Positions 45,201 through 60,200 of a stretch of DNA of 64,000 nucleotides are shown in pieces. Both the position numbers and the translations under genes were made by a program. Positions within the stretch are counted from its first letter, which is position 1. Every line of letters starts with the position of its first letter. Origin of the DNA: Cyanophora paradoxa CCMP329 (lineage: Eukaryota > Plantae > Glaucophyta); assembly GCA_004431415.1 (NCBI GenBank), contig QPMI01000445.1, forward strand, positions 208,576 to 272,575, written 5' to 3'. The notes beneath the pieces were generated by a model. That model was given only the letters and a program-made list of their open reading frames with translations. It made no database searches and was not told the origin of the DNA.

Positions 45201-48200
45201 GGAGACGCACCCGTCGGGCAGAAAGGCGCGCGGGTTTGTGGAAGATGCGGTGTTCGAGAAGACGGCAAACCAACCGAATCTTATTCCAACGGATGTAGCC
45301 CCCGTCTGGTCGTCGAGCAACTTCATGGTTTCGGGCACGCCCGTAGTCAAGTCAGGGGTGGCCTGACGGTCTCTCTCAGAACCTCAGCTGGGGTAGTCAA
45401 TGGAATATACACGGTGCGTGCCTGCACGACCATAAAGATGCACCAAAACTCTGATAATCGCGCGTCCCCGGCGCTCTGACAGATTTTCTGGTCAAGCATT
45501 GTTGTGGATGAGGTCATCGAGGGACGCAAGTCAATGATCCCAGAAACGACGATTAGCATCGTGCGCGACTTAAATTCGATCATGAAGCAGGAAGCCTCTC
45601 CAGGGTTCAACTCAGATTGGTCGCGCCTCCCGCAGATTGATGTTACGCTCTCTTGCGCCGGCAAGACGGATCCCACGCTGAGAATCCTGTTCGGGACGGT
45701 TGTGAGCTGCGTCGTCCCGAAGACAGCAACGTCCGCAGACCTGGAGGCAAACGACATCGCCACCCCAGTGGTCAGCGCTTCGCACGCAACCGTGACGGAC
45801 TTTACTTCAACTCTGCCGAACCAGTTCTCGTTCACGTACGCATGCACTCATCGTCCACATTGCTGTCGGTGCAGGCTTGATTTGACCTCTTCGCCCAGGT
45901 ACACGGTCCTGGATCCCCCTGCCAGTGGCGCCGATTCGCTCTTGCTCTACTGGGGCAGCGGCGTGACTGCAGGCCAGCTGCTTGCCGAGCTCCGGAACGT
46001 CAGCTTCATCAGCGCAGAGCTTGTCACCGATCGCCAGCGCGTGCGACAGGGCGTGAGCGTCGTAGGGAACATCCGCCGCATCCCGCCGTCGGCGCCGCTT
46101 CTGCTGAGCGACTTCACCAACCTCGCGTTTTCCGGCGCCTACGCAGTAATCAACTACACTACCTACATTGCGAGCAACGCAACAGGCAATGTGAACTTCA
46201 CCGCCCGAGCTACAATTACCGGCGAGGGCGAAAACTTTTCGGTGGATTACTCCTCTAACGTAATCGGCGGCGGAGGCGCCGTTCCGGCACGCCACCCCTC
46301 GATGTCGTCGGTCCGCATGCGCACTTCAACTTCGAAGCAAAATGAAGCGCGCTGAACTCGTTGATGATGCCTTCCCCGCAGATGTGCGTGCAACTACGCC
46401 TATCACGTGCGACAAGACGCGCGTGGGGCTCAACAGCATCATCACTTGCGAGGTCTTCAAGTCGGACAGCTCTCCTCCGTTGCAGCGCACCGACTTTTTG
46501 GTGCGTTGAAAAAACCCTAGGCCTGATCTATAATGATCTGTAATTTTAAAAAATAAATCTAATCTCGAATACGACAGGACCCCTACTTCAATCGGCTCTC
46601 GGAGTCGACAAATGTGACAGATTACGGGCTCGTTTTCCCGTACCAGCCAACTGTGGTCAACGGGTGCGCACCGTGCTTGAGCTCTGCGATCGAGTTGAGA
46701 ATGAGCCGGCGCATTCGATTTTGGCAGACCTGCATTCGAGTTCCGCCTTCGCTGGGCCCCCGAACTCGTGGCGGGGACTGCAGGAGCCACACCTCTGTTC
46801 GTGATTTCTGCCAGTGTGCAGTGCAGCAACTCGAGGCGCAACCCGGCAGCGCTGGGTGAGCGGTCAATGATATAGTGACTTTAAAGTAATTTCGCCCCTA
46901 TGCGTGCACTTTTCAAACCGTCCGCTGCGGTCCGCAGCCACGTGCCAAGTTTCGCCTGTTGCAAACAGCGCCCCCTGCAAGTGACGGACCTCCGCCTGAC
47001 AGCAAGCAACCCCAGCCTGCTCCGGTCCGAGACTCCGATTTCGATCCAGGGCACCGACGGCGCCATCCTTTTATCCGCAACTGCTCTGATGGCAACGCCG
47101 ACGACGGGCATGCTGGCGCAGTGGTCTGAAGAAGCAAGCACTTTAATACGTATAATCCTTTGCTGTCATATGTACAGTAATATTGAACCTCGTGCGTAGC
47201 TCGGGAACGGAACCCTCACGAGCTTGCCAGTGACGATCGTCGATGCTGTGCTGAACTGCGTACCGCGAACGATCCCCGGCCGCCTCGTGCCCTGCAATGT
47301 CACGCGAGCCGGTAACTCCCCGGCCCTGCAGCTGAGCGACTTCTTCCGCGCGGTCTATGTCATCGGACGCGGCAGTCCTTCGTGAACGCCCTGCAGACGA
47401 CCTCTGGTGTGGACGGATTCACATTCCGAGTTCCCGTCCCGTCCGCCTCGCAGCTCGCCTCACTGAATGCCCTGGGCAACGCCACCTTTGCCAACGTCTC
47501 TGTCGTATTTAACGGCGATGTCCTGGGCAAGTATGCCTCCCGGGCGAGCCTCATACACTTCATCTCCGCAACGTTCAGCTGCAACCGGACCCGCGCGCGG
47601 CGATTCTCGATCGTGCCCTGCCGTGTCACCCCACGCCTTGGGCCGATGGACCCCTCGGACGTCGCCCTGCCCACGTCAAACAACACTCAGGTCCTGAAAG
47701 GCCTGTCGGTCGGTCCTCCATCGGAGCCTGGCATCGTGCGCCGTCTTTAATTTTGCAACAGCAATTTCTTTATTTTTTGCCATACTTACACTCGCTATCG
47801 CTCGAAGATTATTGCCGAGGTCAACGCAACCACACTTGTCACGAACGGTCCTATCAACGCCCTGTACCAAGAGATCGTCGGGGGTGGTCTTATCGGCCGC
47901 GCGAACTTGACGGTCATCGACGCTGCCGCCCGCTGCAACTTGACGCGCATCGCCGTTGGCGCCGCTGTCGAGTGCTTGGCGGAGGGCGTCGCGGGCTCCC
48001 CACCGATTCTGATTTCAGACCTCGATTTTTCGGGGGCGTCCGTTCCCGGCGGAGCCATCCAGACCGGAGTACCTTTCGTGAAAAGTGGCAACCCGACGCT
48101 CATTGCTGTCGGCGTGCGGGCGGAGAGCGCCGTCCCAGTCGCATTCAAATGGTCGCAGTCGATCGGAGGCGGGGACCTGGTCCAGCATCTTGTGGACGTG

Positions 48201-51200
48201 GTGCGGGCCGTCCTGCACTGCCCAGAGCGTGTGCGCGAGAACATCGATGTACTGTGCACCTTGGGGCGTATGGCCGGCGCCCCCCCGCTTCTGACGACGG
48301 ACTTTCTGCCCGACGCTGCACTGCCGGAGGACTCGGCCACCGTGCTGCAGCCGCAACCGCATGTCCAGCAGCTTGGAAACGTCTCTCTCAGCATTCAGCC
48401 TGCGGGCCTCCGGCTGGGTGGAATCGCCATCTCGGTCCACTACAACTCGAGTCTGCATCCCGCATCGCCCCACGTCGACCAGTCACCCTCGACGGTCTTC
48501 CTAATTGCCGCCGTCCTTTCCACAAACGTGACCCGCGTGACCGTCGGTGCCCCTGTCGGCGTCACTCTTGCCCGGAAGAATGGTTCAGAGCCTCTCCTTC
48601 CCACCGATTTCGAGGGGATCTGGTTCCAGAACCCAGGCTCTGGGGGCAGCGTCTCCCCGACCTCGGCCCTCGTCCCAGTCGAAACGACCAGCGAATTCCT
48701 GAAGTTCCTTGTGAGACCGACCATGCCCGGCGAGCCGGTGCGCCTGTGGGCAAACTATAGCAGCATCGTTGGTGGCGGCCTTGTGAACGACGTAAACGTC
48801 ATCGTGCTGGAGGCAACGGTTTCCTGCTCGCCCATCCGCGTCGTCATCGGCGCAGTCATTACATGCCTCGTCTCGCGCACGGAGTCATCACCGGCCCTCC
48901 TGGCGTCCGACCTGACTGTTTCCGTGTCACCACCGAGTGCGGGCAATGCCAGCGGGCTTATCGCAGTCACGGGGAAGCCGCATCAGTGGGAGTTCACCTT
49001 TGTACCCAGCCAGCCTGTACTGGGCAGCATCAACGTGCGCTACGCGCCGCTTGTGGATCCTTCTACGCAGCACATCAACGGAAGCCCCGTACGGTTCACT
49101 TCCCTAAACGCGACTCTGCGGTGCAGCCCGCTGCGCCGCCACGTGGGCGCCGAATCCTGGTGCAACGTCACGAAGGCCCCGACCGGTGGCGACCTGTTCC
49201 CTTCCGACTTCGTCATTCGTTCCTCTCCAGCGGGTACCGGCGGCGCGATTGGGCCCCTTCCAACCATCAACGGATCCCTGCAATTTAACTTCACAGCGAC
49301 AACGCCCACAGGGCCTAACGGAGAGCGCGTTGAGGTAATCGCAACTCGCGCCTGCTTTTTGTCATGGCGGCACTCATGATCGCGCCCTCGCAATTGCAGA
49401 TTCAGTGGCACTCATCGTTGACGGGCGGACTGCCGAACCCGAGTGTGAACGCTGTGCTAGCCAACGTCGTCGTTGTTATTAACGCGACCCTGCGCTGCCC
49501 ACCCCGTGTTGCCTCGCGTCCAATTTCTCATGTGTGCTTGTTTCGCCAACGGGCTCAGCTCCGCTCCTTCCAAGTGACTTTGCGGACCTTGGACGCCTCT
49601 CGCCTGCGGATCCGGACACTGAGGGCTCCGGAACACCAGTTGCCACAAGCATGAATGAAGTGTTTATCTCGCACCAGCTGCTAGTGGGCTCGGCGACCGT
49701 TCCGGCCATCGGCGTGCTTTCGCTGCAGCTTTTCGAAGTGGGCGAGGTGTGGCTTCGTCCGCAGTGGAGTCTGCTGGTTGGGAATGGCTTCGTGCGCCCA
49801 GCTCCGGTCGACGTGATCGGCGCCCGTCTTTCGTGCCCATCGCGCAGCATTTTCGTGCTCACCTCCGTGCGGTGCGTTGTGACCCGGCTCACGGGCTCGT
49901 CGGAAGCGGTGCTGTCGGACCTCGACCCTGCAGCGTTCATCCTCCCCACCATTCCGGCCGGCCAAATTCCCTACGCGGAGCCCTCCGCTGTGCAAGCCCT
50001 TAACGCGAACGGCACGGGCATCTACGTTGACGTCAAGGGCTTCGGATCACTGATGACCTCGCTGACCAGGGAGACAACTTGAAGATCTTTGTGCGCTACG
50101 CGCTTCGGAATAGCGTCCTCGATGCACCGACACCCTTCGTGACGGACGCGCCCCAGCCGCTCCAGGCAAGCACTCACGCCCTTTTCTGCATTTGGCCTTC
50201 AATTTCTCATTTATCCATGCGCATACGTAGGTTCAAGGCTCAATGACCATCATTTCGTCCTATGTTCTGGACAACGGTGCCCGCAGCCCTCGCAATTCGA
50301 ATTCACCCACTTGCGCTTTGCAGAGTGCTAAATGTGTTATCAGGCATTCAAGTAGCCGTGACGTTTAATTATCCAGCACGCCGCGAGCCCGAGAGACTGC
50401 CAGCGACCTTCTATCTGACCGATGAGTCGGCCGCCAAGCTCGGAACCGGCGAGTCATTTCTTCTCTTGCAATTGCAGCTTCATATTCCATCATACGCGTA
50501 TTTCTGAACGCGCTCGCTCAGGGGCGACCGCTTTCTGGTCCGGCCAGGACACTATTGTGTTTTCCATCATGCCGGACTCGACCGTTGTCATTGGCGACCT
50601 TCTCTTCTTCCGCATTCCGATCTACCGGGGCGACACTGCCACTGACGAGCGCTTCAGAGGCTTCTTCATCGTGCGCATTTCGAGCTCTGGAATTGCTTGC
50701 GCTCATTGCTTCCCAGGTCTCTGTTGGCGACAATTTTGCTCCCGTCATCTCAGCCACGTTCCCCGAAATCGTAGCGGTCTGCCGTAGGGCCCGCATTGTC
50801 GCCTTCCCGATCTCTGGAACGGGTCGCCGGCCTCTGACCTACTACTGGTCGTGCGTCGACGAGGCCACATGCAGCTCGCTGGCAGAGCGTTCCGTGACCG
50901 TCAACACTACGCACAACGACACTTTGATTGTACCGGACGACGTTCCGCACACGCGTGACTACAGGCTCTCGGTGTACGCCCGGAACTACCTCGGCGCGAA
51001 GTCCAACACCGTCCAGGTCAAATTATACAAGTCCGGACTATTCGTGCGCCACTGAGCTGGTGTACCAGTACTAAATTCAAAGCGTTAGCTTCTTGCTCAA
51101 TAAGTCACGCAACATTGCAGCCGCCGTTCCTGGAGGTCGACGGAGGCACGACCGTTTACTCGAAGGCATCGACCCTAACCACCATTAAGGTCGTAGTACA

Positions 51201-54200
51201 GGTTCGCCTAACAATTCATTCCAATTCCGGATCCTGTGCACCGTTCCGTGAATTCAAATCTCGCAGCGGACAACTTGCAACAAGGAACTCGACGACCCTG
51301 AAGCATGTAAGGCCCTCGCGCTCTTTCGTTAACGTGTTCTTTCTTTGCGGAGAAATATTTACGGTGTGCTGCGGCGCAGTTGTCATCCTCCGTGGCTTCC
51401 AGTGGCTCCGCGCATCGGACATGGAGGCGCAATGGCACCTGCCTGACTCCGCACTGGAGTTCTTGCCCAGCACTGTCGAGCTGGACAATCCGACGCTGCT
51501 TATCGTGCGAACCGTTTGTATCGGCGTACTGATATTTACAAATGCTTTTTGAAATTAACTCATCATCATCGCACTGCAGCCGAAAAATACGCTGCAGCCC
51601 AACAGCCAGTTCACGATGACAATGACAGCCCGCGATCTGCAGCAGCCCGACACGCCATCGGTGAACTCGCTTGACGTCGTGAATTTAGCCGAGTTCTGAT
51701 GCGCGTGCTACGAATGACTCAGGCATTTATCAATGTGACGCTTGTGATATTGAGCGAAGACCTGGATGCTCGGATTGCTGGCGGGAATCGCGTCGTCTCG
51801 CCCACCCGCACCTTCATTTTGGACGCAAGCCTGAGCCGAGATCCGGACTACACGGCGTCCGCAGACGAGGGAGGCATCGCGCTCGTCAGCAGCGTTTTCA
51901 AGTATCGGTGGGAGTTCCAAAAGGTCGCCACGGATGCAGCAGCCGCGGCGGCCGCCTCGGTCGAGGGCAGCCCCGATGAGCTCATGGCGACAATTGAGGC
52001 GGCACAGCCAACTCTCACAGTCGATCCGAAAGAGCTGGGCCTCGAGGCAGGCACCGCGTACTCCGTTACATTGAGCCTCTTCTCCGCGCGCTTCCGCGTG
52101 GGCGTGCCCGAGGGCAACGCGACGGACAGCACCTCCGTGATCATTACGCTTGCTCAGGAAAGCGTTCCTGTCGTCTTCATCACGGTGCGCTCGAGACCGC
52201 GGATCGCGTTTAAATTTATCGTTTTGCCAGCTGAACATCGATATCTGCAGTCAACGTTCCCCGCTGACCCGACCTACGCAATCGAGGAGCTCGGCATTTG
52301 GGTGCGCTTTAAATTCTGAGCTCGGAACTTACATTAAGAGCGCGCGCATTGCTCGAAGCCCTCAACTGCGGACGCAGATCCGATGCGAGGCCTCCAGCCG
52401 GATAGGCCCGAGAGCTCTGCGGACGACCTCGTCTTCGTTTGGTCGAGCGCCGACGGAGACGAAACGATCGCCAATATCTCCAGGTACGTCCGGAGAAGTC
52501 GTACGCGTAAAGAAAACAACCCAGAATATTAAATTGAAGTATTTCTGCGCAGCCTTGCCGTCCGAACTTCGGCGAACTCTTCCACTCTCATTATAAACAA
52601 GAAACTTTCTTCAGCGTCTTTCATCTCGCTTGATCGGCTATACCGGTGCACATCTTCTAATTCTGGTAGCTTACTCCGAGCTTATGTCTTACACTTCACT
52701 ATCGATATCAGAATTCGGTGCAGCGCGTACGCCAAGGACCAGGGTCCTACGCGGAGCGGTGCACGGCTTGCATTGAATTTATGATTAGCAACTTCGACGT
52801 CGCTGTCTCTAAACTGCCAACGCTTCTGCGCAGCCTCACAAGATACGTCGATTCGCGTCATCTCGGGACCAATCCCGGGCGAATGCACAGTCAACCCCCC
52901 GGTAGGCATCGCTCTCCAGACGCAGGTGCGAGATCGGACGCTCGTTTAAATTTTGCAAACGCATCGAGATCCGTTGACGTCAATCGCACCTTTTGGCAGT
53001 TCGTTGTCACGTGCACGAATTGGATATCCCAGTATACATCGGACCCGTTGCTGTACAAATTGCAGGTCTGCGACTGAATTTCTGCACTCTGTCTGGCCTT
53101 GGGTAGAAAACAAAGCGCCTTGATGACTGATCATGAGCTTTCAGATTATTCCCCCCGCGAGCCGCCCCGGCGTTTTCGTGACACAAAGCCAGCCAAACTC
53201 CGCCCCGGTCGTGCGCGCCGTGCTGCCTCGCGGAGAGGGCGAAGACCGCACAGTTCGCATGGTGATTATCGTGAAAGACATCTACAACGCTTCTACGGGT
53301 AGAATACACCAATCCCGCTCCGATTTCGATCACATTCTCACACCCTTGCTGCAGAGTATTACTTGAACGCGACGTCCGATCTGGAGCAGAGCGTGAGGGG
53401 CTGGACCCGGTCCAGCTGAAATCCTCCGTGCTCGACATCCTGGGCATCGGCTCGAGGTCCATCGCCGTCACCGACAGCGACGGCGACCTGGAGGCATCTC
53501 TCGCCGCCATCGGAAACACCGCGGTCACGATTTCCGGTGCGCACTTGAAAGCATGAGAATCGAAGCTGCGGCTGCTGGCCAGGGGTCTCGAATGGAGTTT
53601 GATTTCGCGCAGACATTTTGGACAGTTACATCGGGCCGGCACAGACACCGCTTATCGAACGGTGTCGCACCTGGATCGGGACCCCGACTCTACGAAGTCG
53701 CACGTTTTGCGGACAGCGATTTCTTTGATAATACTTTCAGCCACTAATAATCGATTGCAGAAAATAGAAGAGACTCTGGCACCGATGCTCAAGGTTATTA
53801 GCTGTGCGCCAGTTCATTGCTCTGTGCGTGGGTTGCCGAACCTGCAGCTGATCATGGGCTGCACCGTGGCACCTGCAGCTGTCGGGCGAACAACCGCTCC
53901 TCCAAGTTTCAGCTCGTCCAGGCCGTCTCGGTCAGCACCGCGCTGACGCGCGTCGTCACACACGGTTCGTCTTCACTGAACGTGACGTCGACACGGCCGC
54001 TTTGGGCACCGTCTCATTTTTCCAACTTCCAGCACTGGTTCGTCGGAGCTCCAGACCGGCTGGCTGATGCGATGCACTCTTTGTACAGCGCTTTAAATCC
54101 TTGTGACGATTCCGCTGATGTCAACGAGCTCCTCATTGCTGGAGCCGGTGCGTGAAGTGAAGGCGAGAATCGCTATCAATACCCGCTAGCGCTTTGTGTG

Positions 54201-57200
54201 CTCATGCGAGAGCTGTGCAGACACCTTCGTTGGCTCTTCGTGGTGGCTTGCTGAGAATGCAAACGGAACTGACACATCCCAGTTCGCCGACTCCGTCATG
54301 CGCATGTTCAAGACCTTCGCGTCGAAGGCGGTCCGCTGCGGCGTGTGCGGCGCGAGCCCGTCCGTCAGCTCGGGCCTCCGCGTCGCCATCTTCACCGGCC
54401 AAGTTTGTCACAACCAAGAGGGCCAGGGCGACTTCAATGTCGGCGGATCCCGCAATGAGACCGCCGGTTTGGTCGTGCCTCCTGAGCTCCAAAAGCTCTC
54501 GAGATCTCTGAACGGCACCGATGGTACGCAACTGACCGTGTACGTCTACCCACGCGGACCATACCCGGAGGCCACGGAGGGCACTCTCAACGGCACAAAC
54601 TCCGTCGTAAAGTAGTGCGCCGGCGCCGCATGCAAAGTCAAGTGGAAGGCACGCTCTAAGCGCTACGCGTTTACCGCGCAGCAATGTCTCAAGCTATGTG
54701 ATGGAGGTGGATGTTGTAGGGCTCGAAGTGTCCAACCTTTCCGAGCCTATCACGGTGTGATGATTTTATATCATTAAAAAGCGAACTAGATCTAGATTAC
54801 GGTCCTTTGATTTGCGAACCATTTGTGATCTTGAGCGCAGTTCCAAATCCCTCTGCGGATGCCAAATGGAGAGCTCATCAACCCCAACCAAAAGCTAGAT
54901 CTAATATATTACGACAAGATCAACAAAATCTGGATCAGCTGGTAACTGTCGCCTGCTTTGCTTTCGCAATATGCAGCAAGCACAGTTCTAATGCCTTCTG
55001 TCCGCACAGCGGAAATGTCACCATGATCCTCGACATGGCGGTCATCACCGCCGTTGCCTCATGCAATCATCTCACGCCTTTCGCAAGTGCGACATTCCCT
55101 CATAAGCATGGGTTTATATTATAATTACCGACGAGCTGACAATCGACACCGCAGTTGGCATTGGGGAGGTGATCACGCAGGCAGTGCAAGAGTCTCCTCC
55201 AGGCGCAGCTCTGCCGCCGACGGGTGCAGCCGCGCAAGGTTCCTACTTCAACTGGCAGACAACGGAGCCAGAAGGCTCGGGCGTGCATCCAGCAGCTGTG
55301 GCAGTCCCGGTGGTGGTGGGAAGCATTACGATTGCACTCCTTGCCGCGGCAATCATCTACACAAGAAACATGGGACGGGCAACTACTTTGTCCCAGAAGC
55401 CCCTCGGTCCTGCGGGGCGGGTTGAAGTTGTTACGATCGGCCCGTCGCAGCCATCGACTGATCGGCCTGTGTCTATGTCGGCCGGGGCCGCCCGCAAGTC
55501 GACGGCGCCCACGAACCTGCAGCTGGTGGATGTCGCGTCCGGCATGTTCGGCGGCACGACGGGCACGCTCTCGTGGTCGCTGCCGACGACGGGCCCGCCG
55601 CTTGCGCACCGTGTGCTGCGCGACGGCGTTGAGATTGCGAGGGTGCCGGGGACGCAAACGTCGGTGGAGGTGCCGGACCTTGCGAGGGGCTTGGTGTCGA
55701 CATTTGTCGTGGTGGCAGTGGACGGCGCCAGCGGAGCCGAGTCGAAGCCGCTCATCGCTGGCATCGCCCGGGACCCGAACAGTGGCATCACCCTCAAAGC
55801 GGTGCCTACCGCGTCGAACGGCTCGTCAGCGCAGCTCTCGTGGAACACGCCTGCTGCGTCTGATACAGTGACTCTCTACAAGCTGCTGGTGAACGGCCAG
55901 GTCGTCGCGACGCTGCCGCCGTCGGGAATCGCGATGAACGGTTTCGAGGCAAAGAGCCTGCCGTCGGGTGCGGTGGCGGAGGTGGTGGCGGTGTTCGCGT
56001 CAGGCGCCACGCTGTCGAGCACGCCTGTGCCGATCTCGGCGGGAGGCGGCGGCAGCGGGTTTGGCGTTGCAATTGGGGCCGCCCGCAAGTCGACGGCGCC
56101 CACGAACCTGCAGCTGGTGGATGTCGCGTCCGGCATGTTCGGCGGCACGACGGGCACGCTCTCGTGGTCGCTGCCGACGACGGGCCCGCCGCTTGCGCAC
56201 CGTGTGCTGCGCGACGGCGTTGAGATTGCGAGGGTGCCGGGGACGCAAACGTCGGTGGAGGTGCCGGACCTTGCGAGGGGCTTGGTGTCGACATTTGTCG
56301 TGGTGGCAGTGGACGGCGCCAGCGGAGCCGAGTCGAAGCCGCTCATCGCTGGCATCGCCCGGGACCCGAACAGTGGCATCACCCTCAAGGCGGTGCCTAC
56401 CGCGTCGAACGGCTCGTCAGCGCAGCTCTCGTGGAACACGCCTGCTGCGTCTGATACAGTGACTCTCTACAAGCTGCTGGTGAACGGCCAGGTCGTCGCG
56501 ACGCTGCCGCCGTCGGGAATCGCAATGAACGGTTTCGAGGCAAAGAGCCTGCCGTCGGGTGCGGTGGCGGAGGTGGTGGCGGTGTTCGCGTCAGGCGCCA
56601 CGCTGTCGAGCACGCCTGTGCCGATCTCGGCGGGAGGCGGCGGCAGCGGGTTTGGCGTTCGGGCCGCCCGCAAGTCGACGGCGCCCACGAACCTGCAGCT
56701 GGTGGATGTCGCGTCCGGCATGTTCGGCGGCACGACGGGCACGCTCTCGTGGTCGCTGCCGACGACGGGCCCGCCGCTTGCGCACCGTGTGCTGCGCGAC
56801 GGCGTTGAGATTGCGAGGGTGCCGGGGACGCAAACGTCGGTGGAGGTGCCGGACCTTGCGAGGGGCTTGGTGTCGTTGTCGTCGGTGGCAGTGGACGGCG
56901 CCAGCGGAGCCGAGTCGAAGCCGCTCATCGCTGGCATCGCCCGGGACCCGAACAGTGGCATCACCCTCAAAGCGGTGCCTACCGCGTCGAACGGCTCGTC
57001 AGCGCAGCTCTCGTGGAACACGCCTGCTGCGTCTGATACAGTGACTCTCTACAAGCTGCTGGTGAACGGCCAGGTCGTCGCGACGCTGCCGCCGTCGGGA
57101 ATCGCGATGAACGGTTTCGAGGCAAAGAGCCTGCCGTCGGGTGCGGTGGCGGAGGTGGTGGCGGTGTTCGCGTCAGGCGCCACGCTGTCGAGCACGCCTG

Positions 57201-60200
57201 TGCCGATCTCGGCGGGAGGAGGCGGCGGCAGCGGGTTTGGCGTTGGGGCCGCCGCAAGTCGACGGCGCCCACGAACCTGCAGCTGGTGGATGTCGCGTCC
57301 GGCATGTTCGGCGGCACGACGGGCACGCTCTCGTGGTCGCTGCCGACGACGGGCCCGCCGCTTGCGCACCGTGTGCTGCGCGACGGCGTTGAGATTGCGA
57401 GGGTGCCGGGGACGCAAACGTCGGTGGAGGTGCCGGACCTTGCGAGGGGCTTGGTGTCGACATTTGTCGTGGTGGCAGTGGACGGCGCCAGCGGAGCCGA
57501 GTCGAAGCCGCTCATCGCTGGCATCGCCCGGGACCCGAACAGTGGCATCACCCTTAAGGCGGTGCCTACCGCGTCGAACGGCTCGTCAGCGCAGCTCTCG
57601 TGGAACACGCCTGCTGCGTCTGATACAGTGACTCTCTACAAGCTGCTGGTGAACGGCCAGGTCGTCGCGACGCTGCCGCCGTCGGGAATCGCGATGAACG
57701 GTTTCGAGGCAAAGAGCCTGCCGTCGGGTGCGGTGGCGGAGGTGGTGGCGGTGTTCGCGTCAGGCGCCACGCTGTCGAGCACGCCTGTGCCGATCTCGGC
57801 GGGAGGCGGCGGCAGCGGGTTTGGCGTTGCAATTGGGGCCGCCCGCAAGTCGACGGCGCCCACGAACCTGCAGCTGGTGGATGTCGCGTCCGGCATGTTC
57901 GGCGGCACGACGGGCACGCTCTCGTGGTCGCTGCCGACGACGGGCCCGCCGCTTGCGCACCGTGTGCTGCGCGACGGCGTTGAGATTGCGAGGGTGCCGG
58001 GGACGCAAACGTCGGTGGAGGTGCCGGACCTTGCGAGGGGCTTGGTGTCGACATTTGTCGTGGTGGCAGTGGACGGCGCCAGTGGAGCCGAGTCGAAGCC
58101 GCTCATTGCTGGCATCGCCCGGGACCCGAACAGTGGCATCACCCTCAAAGCGGTGCCTACCGCGTCGAACGGCTCGTCAGCGCAGCTCTCGTGGAACACG
58201 CCTGCTGCGTCTGATACAGTGACTCTCTACAAGCTGCTGGTGAACGGCCAGGTCGTCGCGACGCTGCCGCCGTCGGGAATCGCGATGAACGGTTTCGAGG
58301 CAAAGAGCCTGCCGTCGGGTGCGGTGGCGGAGGTGGTGGCGGTGTTCGCGTCAGGCGCCACGCTGTCGAGCACGCCTGTGCCGATCTCGGCGGGAGGCGG
58401 CGGCAGCGGGTTTGGCGTTGGGGCCGCCCGCAAGTCGACGGCGCCCACGAAACCTGCAGCTGGTGGATGTCGCGTCCGGCATGTTCGGCGGCACGACGGG
58501 CACGCTCTCGTGGTCGCTGCCGACGACGGGCCCGCCGCTTGCGCACCGTGTGCTGCGCGACGGCGTTGAGATTGCGAGGGTGCCGGGGACGCAAACGTCG
58601 GTGGAGGTGCCGGACCTTGCGAGGGGCTTGGTGTCGACATTTGTCGTGGTGGCAGTGGACGGCGCCAGCGGAGCCGAGTCGAAGCCGCTCATCGCTGGCA
58701 TCGCCCGGGACCCGAACAGTGGCATCACCCTTAAGGCGGTGCCTACCGCGTCGAACGGCTCGTCAGCGCAGCTCTCGTGGAACACGCCTGCTGCGTCTGA
58801 TACAGTGACTCTCTACAAGCTGCTGGTGAACGGCCAGGTCGTCGCGACGCTGCCGCCGTCGGGAATCGCGATGAACGGTTTCGAGGCAAAGAGCCTGCCG
58901 TCGGGTGCGGTGGCGGAGGTGGTGGCGGTGTTCGCGTCAGGCGCCACGCTGTCGAGCACGCCTGTGCCGATCTCGGCGGGAGGTGGCGGCAGCGGGTTTG
59001 GCGTTGGGGCCGCCCGCAAGTCGACGGCGCCCACGAACCTGCAGCTGGTGGATGTCGCGTCCGGCATGTTCGGCGGCACGACGGCACGCTCTCGTGGTCG
59101 CTGCCGACGACGGGCCCGCCGCTTGCGCACCGTGTGCTGCGCGACGGCGTTGAGATTGCGAGGGTGCCGGGGACGCAAACGTCGGTGGAGGTGCCGGACC
59201 TTGCGAGGGGCTTGGTGTCGACATTTGTCGTGGTGGCAGTGGACGGCGCCAGCGGAGCCGAGTCGAAGCCGCTCATCGCTGGCATCGCCCGGGACCCGAA
59301 CAGTGGCATCACCCTTAAGGCGGTGCCTACCGCGTCGAACGGCTCGTCAGCGCAGCTCTCGTGGAACACGCCTGCTGCGTCTGATACAGTGACTCTCTAC
59401 AAGCTGCTGGTGAACGGCCAGGTCGTCGCGACGCTGCCGCCGTCGGGAATCGCGATGAACGGTTTCGAGGCAAAGAGCCTGCCGTCGGGTGCGGTGGCGG
59501 AGGTGGTGGCGGTGTTCGCGTCAGGCGCCACGCTGTCGAGCACGCCTGTGCCGATCTCGGCGGGAGGCGGCGGCAGCGGGTTTGGCGTTGCAATTGGGGC
59601 CGCCCGCAAGTCGACGGCGCCCACGAACCTGCAGCTGGTGGATGTCGCGTCCGGCATGTTCGGCGGCACGACGGGCACGCTCTCGTGGTCGCTGCCGACG
59701 ACGGGCCCGCCGCTTGCGCACCGTGTGCTGCGCGACGGCGTTGAGATTGCGAGGGTGCCGGGGACGCAAACGTCGGTGGAGGTGCCGGACCTTGCGAGGG
59801 GCTTGGTGTCGACATTTGTCGTGGTGGCAGTGGACGGCGCCAGCGGAGCCGAGTCGAAGCCGCTCATTGCTGGCATCGCCCGGGACCCGAACAGTGGCAT
59901 CACCCTCAAAGCGGTGCCTACCGCGTCGAACGGCTCGTCAGCGCAGCTCTCGTGGAACACGCCTGCTGCGTCTGATACAGTGACTCTCTACAAGCTGCTG
60001 GTGAACGGCCAGGTCGTCGCGACGCTGCCGCCGTCGGGAATCGCGATGAACGGTTTCGAGGCAAAGAGCCTGCCGTCGGGTGCGGTGGCGGAGGTGGTGG
60101 CGGTGTTCGCGTCAGGCGCCACGCTGTCGAGCACGCCTGTGCCGATCTCGGCGGGAGGCGGCGGCAGCGGGTTTGGCGTTGGGGCCGCCCGCAAGTCGAC

